Source: Nitrospirae bacterium UBA2233 (GTDB taxonomy: Bacteria > UBA2233). From it: a stretch of 64,000 bases of DNA. How positions within the stretch are numbered: position 1 is the stretch's first letter; the number at the start of each line of letters is the position of its first letter. A program made the translations under genes and the position numbers. Below, in pieces: positions 39,235 to 49,285 of the stretch. Where the stretch lies: NCBI GenBank assembly GCA_002347965.1, contig DDYN01000041.1:19043-83042 (forward strand). The letters are read 5' to 3'. The notes under the pieces were generated by a model that ran no database searches, had not been told where the DNA came from, and worked only from the letters and a program-made list of their open reading frames with translations.

Positions 39235-39284
39235 GGCCCCATTGCAGAATCGATTTGAAAACCAATCGGCGGCGTACGTTTGCA

Positions 39285-40178
39285 ATGGCTTCCCTAAAGG
39301 CGTTTTTTATCGCCACGAGGCCGTGGTCGTTCACGATGTCCTTGGTATCGGTTGCCCTAGGCGGCCTGATCGCCTGGCAAGACGGCAATGTCTCATTAGC
39401 GGCACTGCTGCTTACGGCGCTTGGCGCCACGCTCGTGCATGGCGCGACGAACGCGGTCAACGATTTTTTTGACACCCGCTACGGCGTGGACACATCTCAG
39501 GCCCCGACGGCAAGATACAGGCCCCACCCCATCTTCACGGGCCTTCTAAGCCCACGAGCGCTTCTTTGGGAGGCGTTCGTGTTGTACGGGCTCGCCGGCG
39601 CAATCGGCCTGGCCCTGATGCTACGGTATTCTGCGTGGGTCTTTTGGGTCGGGCTTGCCGGGTTTTTAGTAAGCTTCTTGTATACGGCAAGGCCCGTGGC
39701 GGCAAAATACAGGGCCTTGGGCGAGATTAGCGTGTTCCTCGCATGGGGCCCTTTGATGGTCGAGGGCGCCTACGCCGTCCAACGCGACGGCCTTTCGGTC
39801 AAGGCCTTTTGGGTGTCGTTGCCCATAGGGCTTCTTGTCGCGCTCGTTTTGTTCGCCAACAACGCGCGCGACATCGCCTACGACGCCTCCAGGAACATCC
39901 AAACCACGGCGGGCCTTTTAGGAAGCCAAAAAAGCCTGCGAGCGTTCATCGCCTTGATTGCCCTGGCCTACCTCTTGGTCGTGGCCATGGTACTCTTAGG
40001 CGTCCTAAGCCCTTTTGGGCTCTTGGTTTTTTTCTCCGTCCCGGCGGCCGTTAAGCTAGTCCGAAGTTTTCTTGAGGGCTTCCCCGACGCGGCCGATGCG
40101 CTGACAGCCAGGCTGAACCTCGCCTTCGGCTCGCTGGTTTGCCTTGCGCTCTTTCTTGAAGGGATCGCCGCGCGATGA
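39285..40178 (+). CDS. UbiA-family membrane prenyltransferase (MenA-like)
   Basis: Polytopic protein with the Asp-rich motif 'GATNAVNDFFDTRYGVD' and a second 'NNARDIAYD' motif. The upstream ORF extension (from 39174) overlaps the tRNA and is rejected. Confidence 0.75.
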   Translation: MASLKAFFIATRPWSFTMSLVSVALGGLIAWQDGNVSLAALLLTALGATLVHGATNAVNDFFDTRYGVDTSQAPTARYRPHPIFTGLLSPRALLWEAFVLYGLAGAIGLALMLRYSAWVFWVGLAGFLVSFLYTARPVAAKYRALGEISVFLAWGPLMVEGAYAVQRDGLSVKAFWVSLPIGLLVALVLFANNARDIAYDASRNIQTTAGLLGSQKSLRAFIALIALAYLLVVAMVLLGVLSPFGLLVFFSVPAAVKLVRSFLEGFPDAADALTARLNLAFGSLVCLALFLEGIAAR

Positions 40179-40771
40179 CGCTTTTTGGTATCCTTCTTGC
40201 CGCCGCAGCGTGGTTTGCGACGTTCGGAATCGAGGCGGGAAACTTTTGGGTAAAAATTGGTATTTCCGTGGCATGCGTCTGCGTGTACGCGCTTATCGTC
40301 GAAAGGCCGCGCTTGCGTTTCCGGGCGACATCCATCTTTTTTGGCGCAATCTCCGCCGCGGCGCTCTACGGGATCTTTTATGCAGGCTACGCCTTGGCTC
40401 CGGTGCTCGTCCCCAACGCCCATGCGCACGTAGGCACGATCTACGCGCTCGGTGAGGGCAGCTCGAGGGTTTGGGTCTGCTTATTGCTGGTGTTCATCAC
40501 CTCTCCAGGGGAAGAAATATTTTGGCGAGGGTTTTTGCAGGAACGGCTCATGCGTACCTACGGCGTCCTGCCAGGGTTTTTTGCCGCTACGGCGCTTTAC
40601 GGGGCCGTGCACGTGTTTTCTGGCAACTCGATGCTGATCCTCTCGGCGCTCGTCGCGGGCGGGTTCTGGGGATTTCTTTACGCATTAGGCCGCGACCTCG
40701 CACCGCTGATTGTATCGCACGCGCTGTTCACGGCCGTGATCTTCACGCTCGCACCCATCGGGCAGGCATAA
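40175..40771 (+). CDS. CPBP (CAAX prenyl protease-like / Abi) family intramembrane glutamic endopeptidase
   Basis: Motif 1 'SPGEEIFWRGFL' and histidine motifs 'GAVHVF' and 'HALFTAV'. ATGA overlap with the prenyltransferase stop. Confidence 0.8.
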   Translation: MTLFGILLAAAAWFATFGIEAGNFWVKIGISVACVCVYALIVERPRLRFRATSIFFGAISAAALYGIFYAGYALAPVLVPNAHAHVGTIYALGEGSSRVWVCLLLVFITSPGEEIFWRGFLQERLMRTYGVLPGFFAATALYGAVHVFSGNSMLILSALVAGGFWGFLYALGRDLAPLIVSHALFTAVIFTLAPIGQA

Positions 40772-40830
40772 GAAAGAAGAATCGAGCTGCCATCAGGCGA
40801 CAAAAACGGCGGATGCCAGCGCTATTTTGC

Positions 40831-42003
40831 CTATCCCCCCAGCGCGACGATCCCTGGCAGCGTCTTGCCCTCCAAAAACTCGAGGAACGCCCCGCCTGCC
40901 GTCGAGATAAAAGAAAAGGTGCTGGCAAGCCCAAGCCGCTCGATCGCCTCGTCTGTCTCGCCCCCGCCAGCCACGCGAAACGCGCCGGCCTGGGACACGG
41001 CAAACGCCACCCCGTAGGTTCCTAGGGCAAACGAAGGAACCTCGAACATCCCCATCGGCCCGTTCCAAAGCACCGTCATGGAGCCCTCGAGCCCTTCTTT
41101 GAACAGCTGGACGCTGGCAGGGCCGATGTCGAGCGCCTGCGCCTCCTTCGGGATCATGCCCACGGGAACGTAGGTCGCGCGCGGAACATCCGGGCCCTCC
41201 CCCACGCCCGCATCGCACGGCAAAAGAAGCGTACAGCCCGAGCCTTTGACCGACTCCAGGACTTCGAGCGCCTTCTTTAGCATATCGTCCTCGACAAGGC
41301 TCTTGCCCAGGTTATGACCGAGCGCCTTAAGGAAGGTGTTGGCCATCGCCCCGCCGATCAGAAGCCGGTCGGTCTTTTTGAGAAGATTCTCGATCAGGCC
41401 GATTTTCGTCGAAACCTTCGCTCCGCCCAAAACGACGCTCAAGGGCCGTTTGGGGTCTTCTAGCACCCACTTAAGACTCATGACCTCGCGCGTGAGCAAG
41501 AGTCCGGCGGCCTTTTCTTCGGCAAACCTGGCCACGCCGGCGACGGATGCGTGCGCCCTGTGGCTCGAGGCGAAGGCATCGTTGACGAACACGTCGCAAA
41601 GTTGGGCGTATGCCTTTGCTAGATGCTCGTCGTCCTTCTCCTCGCCGGGCTCGAACCGGACGTTTTCTAAAACGAGCACCTCCTTGCCGGGCTCTAACGA
41701 CCCGATTTCGCGCGCTACAGACTCGCCCACCGTCTCGGGGACAAACCGAACGGGCATGCCGAGCAACTCTCCTAGCCGCTCGGCAACCGGTTTGAGAGAG
41801 TAAGCCGAGTCTTTCCCCTTGGGCCTTCCTAGGTGCGACATGACGGCCACTTTGGCGCCATTATCGAGGCACAGCCGAATCGTCGGCAGGCTTGCACGAA
41901 TGCGAAAATCGTCGGAAACTTCGCCGTTTTTAACGGGGACGTTCAAGTCGGCCCGGATGAGAACGCGCTTATTTTTTAGCTCAAGCTTTTCGATCGAGCG
42001 CAC
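40831..42003 (-). CDS. pgk: Phosphoglycerate kinase
   Basis: 'RADLNVP', 'SHLGRPKG', 'FEPGEEK', 'NDAFASSHRAHAS' and 'GGGETD'. Confidence 0.95.
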   Translation of the reverse strand: MRSIEKLELKNKRVLIRADLNVPVKNGEVSDDFRIRASLPTIRLCLDNGAKVAVMSHLGRPKGKDSAYSLKPVAERLGELLGMPVRFVPETVGESVAREIGSLEPGKEVLVLENVRFEPGEEKDDEHLAKAYAQLCDVFVNDAFASSHRAHASVAGVARFAEEKAAGLLLTREVMSLKWVLEDPKRPLSVVLGGAKVSTKIGLIENLLKKTDRLLIGGAMANTFLKALGHNLGKSLVEDDMLKKALEVLESVKGSGCTLLLPCDAGVGEGPDVPRATYVPVGMIPKEAQALDIGPASVQLFKEGLEGSMTVLWNGPMGMFEVPSFALGTYGVAFAVSQAGAFRVAGGGETDEAIERLGLASTFSFISTAGGAFLEFLEGKTLPGIVALGG

Positions 42004-42015
42004 GGGAACCCTCCC

Positions 42016-43071
<1,056 letters not shown>

Positions 43072-43140
43072 TTATCTTAACACAGTAAAACGCCTCATCC
43101 GCAAGGGCTCATGGGGGAGGCCAAAAGGCCTATGAAGGGC

Positions 43141-44325
43141 CTATAAATCCATAATCTTGCCGATGATCTCCTTCATGATCTCCGATGTACCTCCCCCGAT
43201 CGATAGGAGCCTTGTGTCCCTGTAGGCCCTGGCCACGGGGAACTCTTCGATGTAGCCATAGCCTCCATGAAGCTGGACACACTCGTCGGCCACGAGCTTG
43301 GCCACCTCGGTTGCAAACAACTTTGCCATAGATATCTCTTTGACGAGCTCGAAAGGGACAGCGTGCGCCGGGTCGGCACTCTGGGCGCTGTCGAACGAAT
43401 CAAACGCCCCGCACACGTCGTAAACGAACGAGCGCGCCACGGCGACCCGTGTTGCCATGTCCACGACCTTGTGGCGATTCACCTGGAACTTGATGATCGG
43501 ACGGCCGAAGGCCTGTCGGTCTCTGGCGTACTGAATGGTTAAATCTAGCAACAGCTGCGAGCCGGCAACGGCCGATACGGCGGCTATCAACCTCTCTCCC
43601 TGGAAATTCTGCATGATATAGTAAAATCCCATGTTCTCCTCACCCAAGAGGTACTCTTTCGGTACCCTGGCATCCTCGAACACCAGCTCAGCCGTGTCCG
43701 AAGAGTGATTGCCCATTTTCTTGAGTTTTTTGGCCACCTGGAGCCCGGGCGTGTCCGTAGGGAACAAAAAGAAGCTGATCCCGTGCAGGCCTTGCTCGGG
43801 CGCGGTCTTGGCGGCAAGCGTCAAGAAATCGGCGTTGGCGCCGTTGGTGATGAAGAGCTTGGAGCCGTTGATCACGTACTCCCCGCCGTCTTTTTTGGCG
43901 CTCGTTTTGATCGCGCCCACGTCCGAACCGGCTTGAGGCTCGGTAATCGCGAGCGCGGCAAGCTTCTCGCCCCGTATGGCCGGCTTCAAGAACCTCTCGA
44001 CCTGCTCTGGACTGCCAAGCTTGCCTATGATCGGGGTGGCCATGTCGGTGTGAACCATGATGCCCATCGGAAAACCGGAGACACCGCACCTAGGCAGCTC
44101 TTCTGCCATAACGACGGTGTAGAGATAGTCCGCCCCCGCCCCGCCATGCTCTTCTTTGTGCCTTAGCCCCAAGAACCCGAGTTCTCCCATGCGCCGAAGG
44201 ACCGACTTGGGCCACTCGCCTTTTTCTTCCCAGTCGAGCGTGTAAGGCGCCACCTCTTTTTCGATAAACTGCCGGAAATTACGCCGAAAAATCCCGTGCT
44301 CTTCTTGAAAACATCCTCTCGACAT
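43141..44325 (-). CDS. Acyl-CoA dehydrogenase
   Basis: 'ALAITEPQAGSD', 'GSKLFITNG' and 'QLHGGYGYIEEFPVARAYRDTRLLSIGGGTSEI'. Confidence 0.9.
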   Translation of the reverse strand: MSRGCFQEEHGIFRRNFRQFIEKEVAPYTLDWEEKGEWPKSVLRRMGELGFLGLRHKEEHGGAGADYLYTVVMAEELPRCGVSGFPMGIMVHTDMATPIIGKLGSPEQVERFLKPAIRGEKLAALAITEPQAGSDVGAIKTSAKKDGGEYVINGSKLFITNGANADFLTLAAKTAPEQGLHGISFFLFPTDTPGLQVAKKLKKMGNHSSDTAELVFEDARVPKEYLLGEENMGFYYIMQNFQGERLIAAVSAVAGSQLLLDLTIQYARDRQAFGRPIIKFQVNRHKVVDMATRVAVARSFVYDVCGAFDSFDSAQSADPAHAVPFELVKEISMAKLFATEVAKLVADECVQLHGGYGYIEEFPVARAYRDTRLLSIGGGTSEIMKEIIGKIMDL

Positions 44326-44510
44326 CCTAGGCCCTCCTCGGTTTTGGCAGGCATAAACATCGCGGGCACTACGAAGGCCCGCAAACTGAATGATTATTCA
44401 TACCACGTTTTTCACCGAGAGCAAAGGGGCATCTTGTGGCGGTAGCCCTATTCGTCCTTGCCGTGCTACGATACAAACAAACAAAAAACGAGTTTCACGA
44501 AGGAGGGTCT

Positions 44511-44960
44511 ATGCCTGATATGGATGTACGAGGAACGCTCCTGGGCGTTGACCACATCGGCATCGCCGTAGACAACCTAAGCGAGGCGATCGAGCGCTTT
44601 CAAAGACTTTTGGGCGGGCCTCCGGAATCAACCGAAGAGGTGGAGGAGTATGGCGTCAAAACAGCCTTCTTCGGCGTAGGGGAGACGAACCTCGAGCTGC
44701 TCGAGCCCTTGGCCCAGCAGAGCCCGATAGCAAAGTTTCTGCAAAAACGCGGGCCCGGCGTGCACCATGTCTGCTTGAGCGTCAGTAACCTGGAAGGGCT
44801 CTTGCAAGCCCTTAAGTCTGCGGGCGTCCGCCTGATCGACGAGACGCCCAGAAAGGGCGCGCATGGCAAGCGCGTGGCCTTTGTCCACCCTAACGCGCTT
44901 TGTGGCGTGCTTTTGGAGCTCAGCGAACAAATGCCTCATAGCGAAGACCCACCCCGATAG
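44511..44960 (+). CDS. mce: Methylmalonyl-CoA epimerase (VOC/glyoxalase fold)
   Basis: 'VDHIGIAV', 'NLELLEPL...SPIAKFLQKRGPGVHHVCL', 'G.RLIDE.PR.GAHG' and 'AFVHP....GVLLEL'. A GAAGGAGG RBS precedes the ATG at 44511. Confidence 0.88.
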   Translation: MPDMDVRGTLLGVDHIGIAVDNLSEAIERFQRLLGGPPESTEEVEEYGVKTAFFGVGETNLELLEPLAQQSPIAKFLQKRGPGVHHVCLSVSNLEGLLQALKSAGVRLIDETPRKGAHGKRVAFVHPNALCGVLLELSEQMPHSEDPPR

Positions 44961-44988
44961 GCGGGACAAACACGTCCCGCTTCGGGGT
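44951..44988. repeat. Copy of the GATAGGCGGGAC-N6-GTCCCGC palindromic repeat, extended by an outer stem; overlaps the mce stop codon
   Basis: ACCCCGA-tag-GCGGGAC-aaacac-GTCCCGC-t-TCGGGGT gives a 7+7 bp two-tier hairpin. The mce TAG stop (44958-44960) is the internal bulge. The core is identical to the copy at 51961-51989. Confidence 0.8.
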
Positions 44989-45012
44989 CAGGTCTTGAAT
45001 CGTGAATTCGCC

Positions 45013-46170
45013 CTAATCGAGTGATTTGCGGAAAAACCAGACCGACACGCTGAAGGCCAGGAGCCCCAGCCCAGTCATGATGAGCGCATCGGCCCAGAAC
45101 GAGCCGATACCCACTCCCCTGAAGAACACGCCAGTGGTAATGTTCAAGTAGTAGCGCAAAGGGAAAAAGTACGTAAGCTGCTGGAGCACTTTGGGCATCG
45201 TCTCGATCGGAACGAGACTGCCCGAGATGAACATGATCGGCATGAGGACCAAAAACGCCCCCAAAAGCACCTGCTGAAATGTCCTAGAAAAATCCGCCAG
45301 CAAAAGCCCGATCGCAACGCTGAACAGGAGGAACGGGATCGAAAGCGCCCAGAAAATCGGATAACTCCCCCTAATGGGAGTGTCCAAAAATACGATGTTG
45401 AACAACGTGCCGATAAACAGCGCGACCATTAGGATCGCGATGACGGGCACAATCTTGCCGATCAGGAGCGTCGTTTTGGAGATGGGCGTGACGTAGAGTT
45501 GGGCCGCCGTGCCAGCCTCCTTCTCCCGCACGATAGAGGCGGCCGTCAGGATCACGCAGATGGCAAACGCGGCCCGGCACATCTCCATCAAGGACAGGTA
45601 CCTTTCATCTATGCGGTTGGCGTTGTAGCGGACCCGGATCTTTTCCTCGATCTGAGGGACTAGCCCCTTGGCCATGGCGGGGATGAGCAACGAAAGCCTT
45701 TCTTCTAGCGTCTCTGTAAAAAACGTCCCCGTGATGCTGGCCGCATAGCTCAGCGCGATCAGCGCTTGATTCGAGTCGGTCCCGTCGGTCGAGAGCAGCA
45801 CCTTTGCACTTGCCCCCTTGCGCAGGTTCCTCGCAAAATCCGCGGGAATGGCGATGATCAGGCTTATGTCCCCCTTGGACAAGAGCCGATCGCCCTCTTG
45901 AAGCGAATCAATCTCTTTGACGAACCGGAACCGGCCGCTTGCGCGGAACCCTTCGACGAGCAGCCTCGATTCATGGGTTTTCGACATGTCGTACAGGGCC
46001 GTCGGCACGTTCTTGACCTCGAGCGTGAAGGCCTTGCCCAGGATGACGATGTTTGCCGTGAACGTGAACAGCACGATGAACAACAAAACCTTGTCGCGCA
46101 AAAACTGCAGCATCTCCTTTTTAAGGAGCACGTAGACCTGCGCGGAAAAAAGAACGAGCCGCCTTTTCAT
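45013..46170 (-). CDS. ABC-2 type transporter permease (YbhR/YbhS-like)
   Basis: N-terminal TM, a large extracytoplasmic loop, then five C-terminal TMs. The ATGA overlap with the upstream permease stop fixes the start at 46170; the longer ORF (to 46545) is rejected. Confidence 0.85.
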   Translation of the reverse strand: MKRRLVLFSAQVYVLLKKEMLQFLRDKVLLFIVLFTFTANIVILGKAFTLEVKNVPTALYDMSKTHESRLLVEGFRASGRFRFVKEIDSLQEGDRLLSKGDISLIIAIPADFARNLRKGASAKVLLSTDGTDSNQALIALSYAASITGTFFTETLEERLSLLIPAMAKGLVPQIEEKIRVRYNANRIDERYLSLMEMCRAAFAICVILTAASIVREKEAGTAAQLYVTPISKTTLLIGKIVPVIAILMVALFIGTLFNIVFLDTPIRGSYPIFWALSIPFLLFSVAIGLLLADFSRTFQQVLLGAFLVLMPIMFISGSLVPIETMPKVLQQLTYFFPLRYYLNITTGVFFRGVGIGSFWADALIMTGLGLLAFSVSVWFFRKSLD

Positions 46171-47318
46171 AGCCGCTTCCGAAGCACAAAGAAGGAGATA
46201 GCGTAGATTGCGGCCGCATAGATCAAAAGCCCAAAAACCTGCGGATAGAGCGTCTCCAGATGAACCCCCTTGATCACGATCCCCCTTGAGATGACGACAA
46301 AAAACCGTCCGGAAAAGAGGTAGGAGTACAAGATGAACTGTTTGGCCAGGTTGGAGATCGGGAAGAAAAACCCGCTGAACAAAAACGCCGGGATCATCGT
46401 CAGGATCATCGTGCCGATCATCGCGGCCACCTGAGTCCTGGTTACCGAAGAGACCAAAAGTCCGAACCCGCAGGTGGTTGAAAGATACAGCACACCTAGC
46501 CCGAAGAACAAGAGAGGGTCGCCCTTGAACTGGACGCCAAACCAAAACGTCCCCAAAAGCGCGAGCAAAACGAGGCCGGTGAACGCGATCGTGAGCTGGG
46601 GGATAAGCTTACCCAGGATGAACGATTCCGAGCTGATCGGAGACATGTATATCTGCTCGATCGAGCCCGCCTCTTTTTCCCTGACGATGGCGAGCGCGCA
46701 TAAAATGGGCGGGAAGGACATGAAAATGGCGGCATAAAGGCCGGGGATGATGAAGTTGAGGCTGTCTAGGTCCTCGTTAAACCATACCCTCGGCTCGACA
46801 ACGATGGGCTCGGGGCTTTTGGGCGCCATAAGCCCCGCCCTCTGGAGCAAGCCCTGAAGCATCCCCTGGTTGAACGCCCCGTTTACGGCTTGAACGTAAC
46901 CGATCGCGAGGTTGGCCATGTTGGGCCACGTGCCGTCCACGAGGAACTCGACCTCGGCTCGCTTCCCGCCGTATAGCTTCCTCGAAAAATCGGCCGGGAT
47001 GACGATTCCTAGCCGGATCTCGGAGCGTTCCATCAGCTCTTCCAGCTCTTTCCTCGAGCGCGCTTCTTTGGCAACTTGAAAGTACCGCGAGCTGGCAAAG
47101 CGGTCCATGTAGCGGGCAGACAGCGTCGTCTTGTCAAAATTGACGTAGGCTGTAAGCAAGTTCTGGACGTCCATTGTGATGGCGTAGCCATAAAGGAACA
47201 GGAGCACGATCGGGAGCACCAGGGCAAACGCGATGTAGCGAGGGTCGCGGTAGATTTCCCGGAACTCCTTGTTGGCAACGGCCAGGATGTGCTCCAATTC
47301 GAACGGACCGACCCTCAC
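46167..47318 (-). CDS. ABC-2 type transporter permease (YbhS/YbhR-like)
   Basis: Same architecture as the downstream paralogue. GTG start overlapping the ATPase stop by 4 nt. Confidence 0.85.
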   Translation of the reverse strand: MRVGPFELEHILAVANKEFREIYRDPRYIAFALVLPIVLLFLYGYAITMDVQNLLTAYVNFDKTTLSARYMDRFASSRYFQVAKEARSRKELEELMERSEIRLGIVIPADFSRKLYGGKRAEVEFLVDGTWPNMANLAIGYVQAVNGAFNQGMLQGLLQRAGLMAPKSPEPIVVEPRVWFNEDLDSLNFIIPGLYAAIFMSFPPILCALAIVREKEAGSIEQIYMSPISSESFILGKLIPQLTIAFTGLVLLALLGTFWFGVQFKGDPLLFFGLGVLYLSTTCGFGLLVSSVTRTQVAAMIGTMILTMIPAFLFSGFFFPISNLAKQFILYSYLFSGRFFVVISRGIVIKGVHLETLYPQVFGLLIYAAAIYAISFFVLRKRL

Positions 47319-49285
47319 GGAAAAGTCTCCGAAGAACCTTGATTCTTCGCGCGTTCGTACTGGAGAATAAAGGCGACGAACACGTCCTCCATCGTCGGCT
47401 TCGCCGCGTTCATCTCGATCGTGCGAATGCGAAACCTTTCCAAGTCTCTCCGAAGGCTCTGCTCGTCCCGGCCTTTTGCCTCATCGAGCGAAACGTGGAG
47501 CCTTTCCCCGAAAAGATGAATGCCGCCCTCCCAACCGTCTTTGGAGAGAGCGTTGTAGGCAGCGATCGGGTCTTCGGGGTGAACTTCGACAATTTTTGGG
47601 ACCTCCTTCGCGGCCTTGAGCGTGTCCGGCGTCCCCATGGTGATGATCTTGCCCGAGTACATCAGCGCGATACGCTCGCAGCGCTCGGCTTCGTCCATGT
47701 AATGGGTCGTGACGAACACGGTGATGCCCTTTTCGGCCATCGCCGCGATCAAATCGAAGAACTCCCGCCTAGAAACAGGGTCTACCCCGGCCGTCGGCTC
47801 ATCCAAAAACACAATCTCAGGGTCGTGCATCAGCGCGCATCCTAAGGCGAGCCTTTGCTTGTAGCCCATGGACAGCGACCGTGTCATCTGGCGCTCGAAG
47901 CGCTCTAGGCCCGTCATGCCGAGCACCCAGCGTTTTCTTGCTTGAAACATCCCTCCCGTTACGCCGTAGATGCCGGCGTAGAGCTCGATGTTCTCCATGA
48001 CCGTCAGGTCGCCGTAAAGACTAAAAATCTGGGACATGTACCCTATACGGCCTTTAACCATCTCGGGGGTTTTGAGCATGTCAACCCCCGAGACGTTCAT
48101 GTGCCCCCTTGAAGCGTGGAGAAGGCCGATAAGCATGGAGATAGTCGTAGACTTGCCCGCGCCGTTCGGCCCCAAAAACCCGAACACCTCGCCTTGGGCC
48201 ACCTCGAAACTTATCCCGTCTACCGCCGCAAAATCGCCGAAATACTTGTAAAGCCCCTCGACTTCGATACAGGGCTTGCCTTTTTCCCTTTGCCGAAACG
48301 GCAGACCGCCGGGGGGCATCGGGCGTTTTTTGTGGCCTTTTGCCTCCAAGATTTCGACAAAACGATCTTCCAAGAGCAAGGGGACCTGCGTCACCTCTAG
48401 CCGTTTTTCTTCGGCAATCCGCTCGAGCTCTTCTTTCAAACCCTGCTGCCCGTCCTCGACACGAACGCTCAGCTTTCGGCCGTATAGCTCGGCACGCTCG
48501 GATGTTTGGGCTTGATGGAGCCTAAAAAACGCCTCACTTGCCCTCTCGCCTCGAAGCTCGAAGATTTTGCTTGTCGAGGCGTTGCACAGCGCCCTTGGCG
48601 TGTCCGTCGTGAGCAGCCTGCCTTCGTGCATCAAGGCCACGCGGTTGCAGCGCTCCGCTTCGTCCATGTAAGGCGTAGAAACAAGGATCGCGACGCCCTG
48701 AGCGAGCAGCTCGTAGAGCAAAAGCCAAAAATCTTGTCTGGAGACCGGGTCCACGCCCGTCGTCGGCTCGTCCAAAAAAAGAACTTTTGGCGTATGAATC
48801 AACGCGCACGACAAGGCAAGCTTCTTTTTCATGCCGCCAGATAGCCTTCCTGCGTAGCGGGACCGAAAGGGCCCAAGCCTGGAGAAGGCCAGGAGATCGT
48901 TGGTGCGCTCCCTTTCTTCGGCATCCGGAACGCGGTAAGCCCTCGCAAAAAACCTAAGGTTTTCGGCAACGCTCAAAGTCGGGTAGAGCGTGAATTCCTG
49001 GGACATGTAGCCCAAAACCGGCTTGATCGCCTTCAGGTTTTCATGAAGGTCTTGCCCTTGAATGGCCACGCTTCCGGAATCCGGCTTGATCAACCCCACG
49101 AGCATCTTGATCGTCGTCGTCTTGCCAGCCCCGTCCGGGCCGACAAGCCCAAACGCCTCGCCAGGGTATACCTCCAGGTCTACGCCGTCGACGGCGAGCG
49201 TCTTGCCGTAGGCTTTTTTGAGGCCCTTAGCCCTTAGGACTGGCTCTTGGGATGCTTCTCGATGAAGGGAATCTCTTCCTTCCAC
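47315..49285 (-). CDS. ABC transporter ATP-binding protein with two fused nucleotide-binding domains (YbhF-like)
   Basis: Two complete NBDs: Walker A 'GPDGAGKTT' and 'GPNGAGKST', signatures 'LSGGMKKKL' and 'LSMGYKQRL', Walker B 'LFLDEPTTGVDP' and 'VFLDEPTAGVDP'. Confidence 0.92.
   Translation of the reverse strand: MEGRDSLHREASQEPVLRAKGLKKAYGKTLAVDGVDLEVYPGEAFGLVGPDGAGKTTTIKMLVGLIKPDSGSVAIQGQDLHENLKAIKPVLGYMSQEFTLYPTLSVAENLRFFARAYRVPDAEERERTNDLLAFSRLGPFRSRYAGRLSGGMKKKLALSCALIHTPKVLFLDEPTTGVDPVSRQDFWLLLYELLAQGVAILVSTPYMDEAERCNRVALMHEGRLLTTDTPRALCNASTSKIFELRGERASEAFFRLHQAQTSERAELYGRKLSVRVEDGQQGLKEELERIAEEKRLEVTQVPLLLEDRFVEILEAKGHKKRPMPPGGLPFRQREKGKPCIEVEGLYKYFGDFAAVDGISFEVAQGEVFGFLGPNGAGKSTTISMLIGLLHASRGHMNVSGVDMLKTPEMVKGRIGYMSQIFSLYGDLTVMENIELYAGIYGVTGGMFQARKRWVLGMTGLERFERQMTRSLSMGYKQRLALGCALMHDPEIVFLDEPTAGVDPVSRREFFDLIAAMAEKGITVFVTTHYMDEAERCERIALMYSGKIITMGTPDTLKAAKEVPKIVEVHPEDPIAAYNALSKDGWEGGIHLFGERLHVSLDEAKGRDEQSLRRDLERFRIRTIEMNAAKPTMEDVFVAFILQYERAKNQGSSETFP

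Noticed and set aside
39119-39300. The tRNA-Ala gene as an integration hotspot, with a possible genomic island downstream.
   Set aside because: No integrase, no direct repeat of the tRNA 3' end and no compositional shift downstream. The flanking genes are ordinary metabolic genes on the same strand.
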